64,000 bases of DNA, taken from assembly GCF_000315625.1 (NCBI RefSeq), contig NW_005434602.1:119848-183847 (forward strand). The letters run 5' to 3'. Each line of letters starts with the position of its first letter. The stretch's first letter is position 1. Source of the stretch: Guillardia theta CCMP2712 (taxonomy: Eukaryota; Protista; Cryptophyta). Both the position numbers and the translations under genes were made by a program. The notes beneath the pieces are model-generated. The model worked only from the letters and a program-made list of their open reading frames with translations. It did not search any database and had not been told where the DNA came from. Positions 37,852 to 47,775 of the stretch are shown here, piece after piece.

Positions 37852-38865
37852 TTAGCTGCTACTCTCATCCTTCTCCATGAACTCATGCAGGAAGTGAAAC
37901 ATGAACATCGCTGCTCCGTTGGACACAAACGACTTGCAGATCCCGGGCCCGATGCCTCGAAACGTTCTTGCCAACCCTTCCTCCTTGACGATCTCTCGGA
38001 TCAGCCTGATCGTGGTCTTGTTCCCGTAGTTGCTGGTCCTGTCTGCCTGTACCCGCGACTTGACGACCTCGATCGGCCATGCCAGCAGCCATCCGATGGT
38101 CGCACACACTCCTCCCTTCACGAACGGGCCCACGACAGGAGCGTTCACAACGTCAGGGATGAGGCGAACGGCATAGTCATTGAGGATGAAGAAAGTTCCG
38201 AGCATGAAGGTCGACCGCCAAAACGTGGGCCCCATGCCCTTGTACAGCTCCTTCACCTGCAGCCCAGCGTTGACAAGGGTGTGCTGGCTCTGAGGAGAGA
38301 TGAGCCAAGACTGTCCGGTCTGCCTCCTGATCTTGATCAGAGCCAGAGGAGTTTCTATCACACTCCTCGACGCTGCAGATACTATCCCCCCAGCCACCAC
38401 TGCCCCTCGCAACCCTCCTGTCCCAGGTATGGGCTCAGCCAGGATCGTTCCTTCGCACGCTGCAAAAGTGCCCCCGTACGCACCCAGCACGATCCCACCA
38501 AAGATGGAGCCACCGGTCAAGGCCGGGACGAGACCGCGGTAAAATCCCTTGACACCTTCTGTTTTGTACACATAACGAACAACATCCATCGACGTGCAGT
38601 TGCGGTGAGACGCCTGCGCCTGCATCTTCGTCTTCACGGTGTCGAAAGGATGTCCCGCGAGAGGAGAAGTCGCTCCGTAAACCATCCCAGCCAGCAACCC
38701 GACCACCGCTTCGGTCGTGGCGTTGCCTTTCCCTGCTAACTCCCCCTTGAAGGAGCTCCGCTTCACGTCGGGGGCGTGCGATGGAGGACTGGACACGGGG
38801 ACGCGAGCGATGGTCATGGTGTTCATCGCAATCGAGTGATACTCGAACTCCAATGTCGCATCCAT
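37852..38865 (-). CDS. Mitochondrial carrier family (SLC25) protein, carnitine/amino-acid carrier-like
   Basis: Intronless 337-aa ORF with three carrier motifs (HPFDTVKTKMQ, TPLALIKIRRQ, WPIEVVKSRVQ) plus EGVKGFYRG, KELYKG and EGLARTFRG. Confidence 0.93.
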   Translation of the reverse strand: MDATLEFEYHSIAMNTMTIARVPVSSPPSHAPDVKRSSFKGELAGKGNATTEAVVGLLAGMVYGATSPLAGHPFDTVKTKMQAQASHRNCTSMDVVRYVYKTEGVKGFYRGLVPALTGGSIFGGIVLGAYGGTFAACEGTILAEPIPGTGGLRGAVVAGGIVSAASRSVIETPLALIKIRRQTGQSWLISPQSQHTLVNAGLQVKELYKGMGPTFWRSTFMLGTFFILNDYAVRLIPDVVNAPVVGPFVKGGVCATIGWLLAWPIEVVKSRVQADRTSNYGNKTTIRLIREIVKEEGLARTFRGIGPGICKSFVSNGAAMFMFHFLHEFMEKDESSS

Positions 38866-39940
38866 CGATCACTTCCTCTAGCTCCACACCGCAGCTCGTG
38901 CACCCACTGCCCGTCGACCCCAGAAGCAGAGAACGCCTGAGATAGACAGTGAGATCAAGATCAATGCATGAAAACTTCAAGAGAGAAGTAAGATATCAAA
39001 CTTCTGACAACGATACCCTCGTTCTTTCTCCCTTGCGGTCCCTACCATCCCCGAAGCCCCTCCTACTCCCTTCCCCACTCCGTGGACATTGCCTTGCCCC
39101 TCTCCCCTCATACTCTCCTCGCTCCACTCTATCCAGTCACCAGCTCCACCTTCCTCGTCTCCTCCTCTTCTCCCTGCACTCTTCGCGTCTCCTCTCCCTC
39201 CTCGCGCCATTGTTCGCATTTCGTTTCCTCCCATGTCTTCCGCGATCTCCATTGGGTCACATGCAAACTCGGGGAATCCCGAGGGGGTGGGGGTAGTTTT
39301 AGAGATTCCAGACCAGGGGGTACTGTAGCCGATCAGGATGGGGTGGTGGGTTAGGATAAGCGATCCTTCTATTTACAGGTGGGTATTCGGAGAAATATTG
39401 AGGGGTAGGGGTAGTACTTGCAAGGGAGGAAGTTGGGGTAGGGGTTCTCTCAAGATTCTTTGCATGGGTAGGGTCCTACGGTGCATAGGGTCCTCCGATA
39501 TAGAAGAGAACGAACATTTGAAAATTTTGAGTGAATGTATTGATTTTTAGCATAAATTTTCAACATTATAGATAAAAGTTCAAATATTTCTGTAATTTCT
39601 AGGAACCGGTTCAAAGTGCAGTAGCGATGTAAGACCCACCGTTCACAAGTGGACAAAACAAATATTCTTTTTTACCTTTACACATTTTTTTTTTAAAAAA
39701 AATGTTACACTGCTGTTCAGCAGGGGGAACAGTAGTAGTAGTGGTTGTGCGAACAAAATGGCGGAGAGCAGCAGTGGAGTCGAACAGTAGCCCAACCGGA
39801 GCTGAGAGTTGGCGTCCTTGGGTAGACTCGACGAGGATCATGGGAAGAAAGACGAGGGAGAAAGATTCTGCTGGGAGGGAGAAGAAGCAGTAATGGGATT
39901 CGTGGGGCTCGATGGTTTCAGTTGAGCTCAATTGGAACAG

Positions 39941-41482
39941 ATGCTGCCCGTAGCTTCGCTCACCCACCTCCTACTTGTCTCCTCCGTCCTTCTCCTCCTG
40001 TTTGTCAGCAATCTTAGGGCAGAGCCTGTGGTGATCGACACGCACTCAGCTCGTGGGCGGATCACCGTTGCGGATCGGAACTACGAGGTCGGGGAAGAAG
40101 TGCTAGCAGAGGCTGCCTCCTTGGTATGGCCTGCCAACTCGGACTCCTCCTTCGTCCTCAAGTTTCTCGAGGGAGGGGAGGAGGAGAGGGAGGCTATCTT
40201 GCAGCTCGCTCACTTGCCGACTGATGCCAAGACGGAGAGGATAGCTCGACTTCGTGCGGCAGCGGAGGAGGTGTACGACAGCATGCGGGAGAGGATGGAA
40301 GCAGCTGGGTGGGAGGAAGAGGATGTCCACAGGCTGCTGATCATCAAGGACACTAACTGCTTCCCTTTCTACGGGAGGAGGGCCAGCGGGTACGAGGAGG
40401 GAACGAGCGTCGGAGCGGATCGCCTTGCGCTGTTCCCGCGCTGCGCTAAAGTGAACCATAGCTGCCGACCCAACGTGATGTTCTCCTCGCAGACGGAGGA
40501 CGGGAAGCTGCGGCTGATAGCGATGAGGAGGATCGAGCGAGGAGAGGAAGTGACCTTCTCTTATCTCGGGGAGGACGGTGACGTAATGAGCAGAGAGGAG
40601 CGGAGGGAAAGGATGAGGGGAAAGGATTTCCTTTGCTCCTGTGCGAGGTGTGAAGGGGTCGACGATGTCAGAGGGATCCGATGCCCTGCTTGCGGCATCA
40701 TCCGATATCCGCTGCCTGAGACGGCGGCGAAGGAGGAGGAGGAGGCTGGGAGCGCGGGTGGGGTGGTGGAGAGGGAAAAGTGGACGGCCTGCCGGTGTGA
40801 GGGGGAGGGCGGAGGGGATTCAGTCAGAGATCTGGTCGAGTGGGAGGAGGAGGCGGGGAGGAGGATGCTTCAGTTCCTCGGCAAGTGCAGAGACTTCGAT
40901 AGGCAGCTTCCTGACCCGCGAGAGCTGGAGGAGATGGTGAAGGAGGCCCAAGGGAAACTGTCTCCCTCCCACTTCCTCGTGGCGCAGGGACAGGAGCTGC
41001 TGGCAAAAGTCTGGTCCTCGTATGCACATAGGATGGAGAAGCGGGAAGACTTTGTGGCTCCCTTCCTGCTTTCCTCCCGAGATTGCCGAGGACGCGCTGC
41101 CCGGAGTTTCTTCCTGGCGATCCGAGTGAGGGAGGAGCTGGAGGAGAAGTGGGAGGAGGGGAGGGAGTGCAGCAAGGAGGAGACGGGAGTGAACAGCAAG
41201 AGGGGAGGGGAGGAGGGAGGAGGGAGGAGGGAGGGCGGCGAGAGGGCGGTCTTCTCCTGCACGAGGTTGGCATTCAGCGCAGCAGAGAATCTGATGAGGA
41301 GCGAGATGAAGGAATGGAGGGAAGAGGCGGAAGACGTCACGAGGTACGTCAAGATGATGAAGAGAAGATACGGGGAGGTGAGGACGACATGTCACGTTTC
41401 AGTTGTCCCTGAGTGCTCTTTGCTACAGGACGACGAAGATGTGAGGAAGATTGAAAGATTTGTCAACGAGCTGATAGTTTGA
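39941..41482 (+). CDS. SMYD-like SET-domain protein with an N-terminal signal-peptide-like segment
   Basis: ARGRITVADRNYEVGEEVLAE, ALFPRCAKVNHSCRPNV, IERGEEVTFSYL, post-SET FLCSCARC, RCPAC. N-terminus MLPVASLTHLLLVSSVLLLLFVSNLRA. Probable small intron near 41378-41428. Confidence 0.85.
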   Translation: MLPVASLTHLLLVSSVLLLLFVSNLRAEPVVIDTHSARGRITVADRNYEVGEEVLAEAASLVWPANSDSSFVLKFLEGGEEEREAILQLAHLPTDAKTERIARLRAAAEEVYDSMRERMEAAGWEEEDVHRLLIIKDTNCFPFYGRRASGYEEGTSVGADRLALFPRCAKVNHSCRPNVMFSSQTEDGKLRLIAMRRIERGEEVTFSYLGEDGDVMSREERRERMRGKDFLCSCARCEGVDDVRGIRCPACGIIRYPLPETAAKEEEEAGSAGGVVEREKWTACRCEGEGGGDSVRDLVEWEEEAGRRMLQFLGKCRDFDRQLPDPRELEEMVKEAQGKLSPSHFLVAQGQELLAKVWSSYAHRMEKREDFVAPFLLSSRDCRGRAARSFFLAIRVREELEEKWEEGRECSKEETGVNSKRGGEEGGGRREGGERAVFSCTRLAFSAAENLMRSEMKEWREEAEDVTRYVKMMKRRYGEVRTTCHVSVVPECSLLQDDEDVRKIERFVNELIV

Positions 41483-41811
41483 ACTGCTTGCCTCGATCTG
41501 TCTTGTCTTGTCTTGTTGTTGTCTAGTCTTGACTTGTCTTGTTCTTGTTCTTGTTCTTGTCTAGTCTGGTCTTGTCTTGTCCTTTTGACACGTCAAAGCT
41601 TTACTCACTTATCTTTATTGTTCACGAATTAAGAAAATGCTCACGTAAGTCACTACCCCTCACCGTCTCGATCAGCTTTAACCAAAGAATAGAAAGAATA
41701 CATTCATACTTAGTTTCACACCCTCGCCTCCTCCTCTTCCTCCTCCTCCTCCTCCTCCTCCTCCTCCTCCTCCTCCCTTCTCCCCATCCCACTTCTTCTC
41801 TCTCCTCCTCC

Positions 41812-42121
41812 TCAATTGGAGTTGTGGATCTGTTCCTCCAGGCTTCCTCGCGGCATCTTGCAATTCTTCTCCTCCTCGCACAGCTCATGCATCACGCCCT
41901 TCTGCTGCTGCTGCTGCTGCTGCTGAAGCCTTTCCCTCCTCCTCCTCCTCCTCCTCCTCCTCCACCTTCCTCTCCATAGCCCCCGATGTCTTCAAAGCCA
42001 CCAACAGAGGTTTTCTTGGCCGCAAGCTCTGCACGTCGTTGCCGGTAGCGATATGCCTTTGATGATGTTCAGAAAAGGAGGAGGAAAAGGAGTAGGAGGA
42101 GGAGTAGGAGGAGGAGGAGTA

Positions 42122-42166
<45 letters not shown>

Positions 42167-44178
42167 AATTCAGGAAGAGCAAGGGATGAGGTGGAGGGAG
42201 GAGGAGGATGAAGTTGCAGCATCTCACCTTGCAATGTCGATGAACTTTACTGCAGGACTGAGTGGCACAGCAGCAGACCTGGAGGAAGAAGATCCACATA
42301 AGTAGGAGGAAAAGAAGGAGCAGGAAAAGAAGGAGCAGGAGCAGGAGCAGGAGAAGGAGCAGGAGCAGGAGCAGGAGCAAGAGCAGGAGCAGGAGCAGGA
42401 GCAGGAGAGTATGGGAGAGGCGATAGAAGTGACAGTGGAGCATGGAGCAGGAAGAGGAGCGGGAGGCTTCTGACTCACCCTCCTGCATATCGGACATCTC
42501 CAAGTCGGCGTCATGCTCTCGGGCTCCTCCTGTTCCTTCACGTAAGCGGAGGAAACAGAAAAGGAGGCGGAGGAGACGAAGAAGGAAAANNNNNNNNNNN
42601 NNNNNNNNNNNNNNNNNNNNNNNNNNNNNNNNNNNNNNNNNNNNNNNNNNNNNNNNNNNNNNNNNNNNNNNNNNNNNNNNNNNNNNNNNGGGGGGGGGGC
42701 GAAAGAAAAGCGATGAGAGAGGAGAGCATGGGAGAAGAATAAGCAGGAGCAGCAGGAGCAGAGTTGCTGACCTTGAGGTGGAAAAGAAGACAATGCTCGC
42801 AGAATCTCCTCGCACACTCGGCGTTGGAACAGGCCCTCATGCTCCTCGCCTTCTTGACCTGAGGTGAACATCAGTCGGGGGAAGGGTAGGAGAACAGGGA
42901 GAGGGAGAGCAAGAGAATGATCAGAGGACAAGAGAAGCATGAGCATGAGGAGAGGAGTAGAGGCTCGGGCTCGGGCAAGACAGGGAAGGAGGAGAGCAGG
43001 CGAGGAGGCGAGGAGGACGAGGAGTGGAGGAGGACCTTAATGTGCTGGCAGAAATGACAATATTTGTTGTGCTTGTTCTCAGCTTCAGTCTTGGCCAGCG
43101 ACCTCGGCGACAGCTGGAAATTTCTGTCTTCCTTGCTGGCAAGCATGAGGTTGGCCATGTATGGCGAGGCTAGCAGCTGCTGGTTGGAGGAGGACAAGGA
43201 TGGAGAGATTCTTAGCCTGTCTTGCTGCGCCTCCTTCACGTCAGGAGAAGATTTAGCATGAGTGTCGTGATTGGGAGTCTGCTGCTCAAACCACTCGTCA
43301 ACCCCCGTCCAGGATCAAGAGTGGAGGAGGCGCATGGGGGAGCGAAGGAAAAGAAAAGGAAAGAGAACTAGGTGCTGAGGCAGGGGATAGGAGGGAAGCG
43401 AGTGAGGAAGAAGATGAGAAGGACAAACAAACAGGAGGAAGTTCAGAGAACAAGAAAGGTCAAGATGCGAGGAGAACAGGGCAGGGCAGAAGAGGAAGAG
43501 GAGGAGGAGAAGGAGTCACCGTGTTGTGGGCCTCGGAGCAACGGAGGGAATGGGCATCTCCTCGCCTTCCTCTCTCAGCTTCGTCTGCTATCGGGCCTTT
43601 CTCGTTGCGTGAGAAGAGTTCAATCAGCGCAGTAGCTGAGGCAAGAAGTGTCACATCAAGAAAACACCTTCATCCTTCACTCCCCCTCCCCGCCTCCCCT
43701 CCGTCCCTCCCTCCTCCTTCCCCCTGCTCCCTCCCATTCCTCTCTCCTCCCCTCTCTTCCCCTCTTCTTCCTCTCTCCTCTTGACTTCACCTGCTCCCCA
43801 CGCATCTGCATCATCCCTTGCAGGACTGCCGTTGCTAACGAAGTCCCCGCCCTTCGACCCATCCACGTCATCCTCCTCCGCCTTCATCCCGACACCTCCA
43901 CAGCTCTGCGAGGACATCCGATCCTCCTCCTTCCTCTTTCCGACGCGCTTCATTCTGTACATCCAGGCGCTCAGATTCTCCTCCTCCTCCTCCTCCTCCT
44001 CCTCCTCCTCCTCCTCCTCTCACCTAGTGTTCTCCTTCTGCTCAGTGTCATCTTCGACGTAGCCACTCCTCCTCCTGCCCATCGCCGGCTTCTCATGGCT
44101 CTGAGTGGAACGAGTTCGCATCGGCCGCTGGCGCTTTTCTGAGGAGAGGTCCTCCCCTTTTATCACCGTCCTCTTCAT
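41812..44178 (-). CDS. zf-4CXXC_R1-like zinc-finger protein, paralog 2 (spans a gap)
   Basis: ENKHNKYCHFCQHIK|..MRACSNAECARRFCEHCL..TPTWRCPICRR|VCCCATQSCSKVHRHCK|AYRYRQRRAE. Upstream exons splice in frame from about 44178. Confidence 0.7.
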
Positions 44179-44662
44179 CGCAACTTTCTGTCAAATTCAA
44201 GTCAGCCGACCCCCTTTGTGCTACACTCCGACTACCTCGGTCAGGAGATTACTGAGCTTACCAGTAACCCGACCTGCAAAGATGATGAGCAACTGTGTAT
44301 CAGCGAAACGAAACGAAGTGCGAGAGGACGGGCAATAGCGATCGCCATGTCCAAGGGAAGACCACTGCTTCTGCCCCTCCACCCTCGTCCTGATCATGAT
44401 CCTCCCGATCCCTCCCTGTTCTTTCTGCCCTCGCTTCTCTCCTCTCCGTCCTCCCTCCTCATCTCCTCTCTCCTTCTCCTTCCTGCCTCCTCTCTACCCT
44501 CCCCTCTCGCATTTCAGACTTCGTCCGACTACTCCACCTCCTTGCCGACGGGGAGATTCAAGAGATGTCTGGGAGAGAAGCTCGATCGCTGATGAAGGAG
44601 CGCATGGAGGCGATTTGTTGACACCTCTTCTACACTGATTGAACCTCCTCCTCACTGCACCT

Positions 44663-44801
44663 TCAATCCGCCTCTGCCGCCTCTGCTGCCTCTGCGTCTT
44701 GGGCTTCCAGCATCCTCTGTTCCCTCTGCTGATTTTCAAGCTCCCACTCCAGCTGGAACTTGTCCCGCAAGTCCATCTGCTCTTCGTTGAAGTGCTTCCA
44801 A
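44663..44801 (-). CDS. C-terminal fragment of a small unknown protein (rest in gap)
   Basis: Coding-like WKHFNEEQMDLRDKFQLEWELENQQREQRMLEAQDAEAAEAAEAD* immediately after the N-gap. Confidence 0.4.
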
Positions 44802-45229
44802 CNNNNNNNNNNNNNNNNNNNNNNNNNNNNNNNNNNNNNNNNNNNNNNNNNNNNNNNNNNNNNNNNNNNNNNNNNNNNNNNNNNNNNNNNNNNNNNNNNN
44901 NNCTCATCTCGCTTCATCTCCCGTTCACTTCTCGTTGTCGTGCTCTCTCCACCTTTCTTCTTGCCTGCAGCATTCTCCTTACCTGCTCCCCTCCCGTCTC
45001 CTCCCCTCTCCAGTCGAAATCCTTGATTCGCACCCCTACCCATCTTTGTTCATCAGAAACTATATCAAGGACCCCCTCTTTGCGAGACCTGTACAGTCTG
45101 TGTGTACCCCAACCCTATACACTCTTCCACCCCACCCCCTATTTTGAAAGACCCTCTTCCCCTGTCAGGCCCACCAGCGTCTCTCCCCCCGGCCCCTGGA
45201 GACACCCAACAAACCACATCCCCACTCAT

Positions 45230-45610
45230 ACCGGGCCGCCGGGCTGCTGGCCCAGCTGCTGGCCAGGCTGCTGGCACCCATTGTGGCCTGCCCATTGTTG
45301 CGGCTGGCACCCAGGCTGGCACCGGGGCCGGCCGGGCCACTGGCAGCGCGGCGGTGGCCCCCGGCATACTATGATCGGACAGTCACTGGGCCGGGCCCGG
45401 GCGGCGCCCCGGGGCCGGCGCGCGCCGAGCCGTGGCAGCCTGAGTGACTGCATACCAGCCTCTGCTGAGTCCCCGGCAGCGGCAGCCTGGCAGGGCCCGT
45501 CGCCGTGGCACGGTGACCGGCGTTGCCCGGCCCGGGTGGCGCCGGCGGCACTGCGGGCCGGGCCGGCGCCTGGCCCGGCCCGACTCCGAGCCTCAGTCAC
45601 TGAGTGAATC
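45230..45610. repeat. Very GC-rich GGCC/CCGG intergenic element
   Basis: Dense ccggccgggcc runs with ATGATCGGAC, CAGTCACTG and CTCAGTCACTGAG (imperfect palindrome). No credible ORF. Confidence 0.55.
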
Positions 45611-46145
45611 ACATCGAAGGGGCCTATCATTCAGAAGGACCACCTACCCCATCCTGTGTTGTTGATATGACCCGTGGTGTACCTGCCCGAAATAGATCGG
45701 CTGCTCCTGATACCATGCAGTAAGTACCTCTCCGGTCCCCCTGATCTCATGCTGCATGAAGAATGCGCGGCTGTGTTGTCGGATTCAGCATCATTCTCTT
45801 CCTCATACGCTTCTACCGTCTGTATCCTCCTCCCTCTCATCATCATCATTGGCGTAAACAGCAATGGCAGCAGCAGCAAGCATTGAGAGAAACAAGCTAG
45901 GTGATGAGCAGAGGAAGAAGCTAACGTTGGTGTTGTCGTTTCCTCCTCTCACGCCCTGAGATACAATGACTTTCAAATCTTCAAATTCTTATTTCCCGTC
46001 TCAAACCACATCTGTGTGATTGACTGATTGTTGACCTTTCCCTGTCTGTTTATTCTTTTCTATCCCTTGAAGCTGTGGTTGCGACCTACGTATAATCTTT
46101 CAACGTTCTTACTAGAGGAAAGAACGATAGCTTCGAGTAGACGAG

Positions 46146-47567
46146 ATGGAAGAAACGATCAGAAAATCAGTGAGTCAACACGAATTAGCCAGACAACACG
46201 ACAAAAACAAAGGTTACATGCAGGGTGATCAACAATTTGCATCATCGCACAGTTTGAATAGATCTGAACATGGCAACAACATCACGAGATCACCAATCCC
46301 CATCTCGACAGCGAAACGAAACATCTTAAGGCAAACTTACGATGCGTACAGGTCATTCACGGAATGGCCCAATGAGAAGCAGAATCAGAGGCACATTGCA
46401 GCTGAGGCGATCGGCACTCTGCTCTTTACCTTCATCGCAGGAGCATGTGAGTGTTGCTGCTCATTCAGGCGATCAGCTGACAGTTTCATCCACCAGCTGC
46501 TGTCAACTCAGAGTCCTCGGGTCTCTTGACTGGAGCGCTCGGATCTGGGTTCGCTCTTGCTGTCATCATCTACGCTACTTCCGGTAGGACTTGCGTCACT
46601 CCTTGCTGTACGTGACGATGGTGAAGGTGAAAATGGCTCTGGTGGAAAGATCAACCCAGCTGTCACTGCAGGCCTGCTGATCACAGGTTTGGAGGATGAG
46701 AGCTTGCCGACAGGACTAACGGACATGCGCGCAGGACGAATCGACAAGATGACTGCAGCATGGGAGATGATCGCTCAGTTTGTTGGAGGATTTGCGGGAG
46801 GCATCCTGCTGAAGCTCGCGCTTCCGCACACGTAAGTGTGATGTGCTTGCAAGATCATAGAGTGCCACATCTCTTCCTTGCCTCATACTGCTTGTCCTAC
46901 AGGGACCTCACTGTGCCTCTTCTTGCTATGGGTGGACCTGCTACTTCACACCCGCTTTCTACATTCATTTGGTGAGACTTGAACGAACAGTTGAAGGGCG
47001 GTGTTCTTACATGCTTGACACAGGGAGTTCATGGCGACTGGCTTCCTCGTCTTTATCATCTTTGCTACTGTTGTAGACAAGCAGACTCGTCATCCTAACT
47101 TGACTGTGACTGCTATTGCTTTGTACGGTATGGACCTGACAAGTCACAGGTGACCCTCCCTGCTCCTTTCGCTCCTCTTGCCATCGGACTTGTAAGTCTT
47201 GAACGAGCTTGTGATGTTGTAACAAGGCTGCAGGCTGTGGTGGTTGATTCCTTTGCTGCCGGCCCCTTCACTGGGGGTGCCATGAACCCGGCAAGGTCGC
47301 GATGCCTATCCCACCTTGATAATGCTTCTCATCTGGTTGCCTTGCTCGCAGAGCTCTCGGCCCCGCCATTGCGTTTTGGAACTTCAAGAACATCTGGGTG
47401 TACCTGACTGCAACTTTCTTCGGAGGAATCGCAGGAGCTGTTGTCTACGAGAAAGCTTTTCTTGAGGTGAGGCCTCTCCATGGTTCCCTGCTGCCCTTCA
47501 AGCCTTTTGATGAATGTTGCAGCATCAACCACCCGAGGCGTTCGAAGTCAGCGAAGCTTCAGTCTGA
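46146..47567 (+). CDS. Aquaporin (MIP family, TIP/AQP8-like)
   Basis: AEAIGTLLFTFIAG, SGGKINPAVT, AQFVGGFAG, APFAPLAIG, GPFTGGAMNPAR|ALGPA and WVYLTATFFGG, across several short introns. Confidence 0.93.
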
Positions 47568-47775
47568 ACGGAACCATGGACAAACATGATTCGAGTCATG
47601 TGAAATTATATTGCAATAAAGTTTGAATAGAGGAATGACTTGCTGCATTCAAGCGCAACACCGGATCAAACAATTTCTTTAATGAACAAAACGTATCAAA
47701 GATGGTAAATTCAAGCTTTCTAGAATAGATTACAAACTTCCTCCCAATCTCATCTCATCCGAAGAGTTGTGCAGC

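Noticed and set aside
45631-45886. Small ORFs on both strands
   Set aside because: They are short, partly microsatellite-derived and have no recognisable motif, so they cannot be supported without transcripts.
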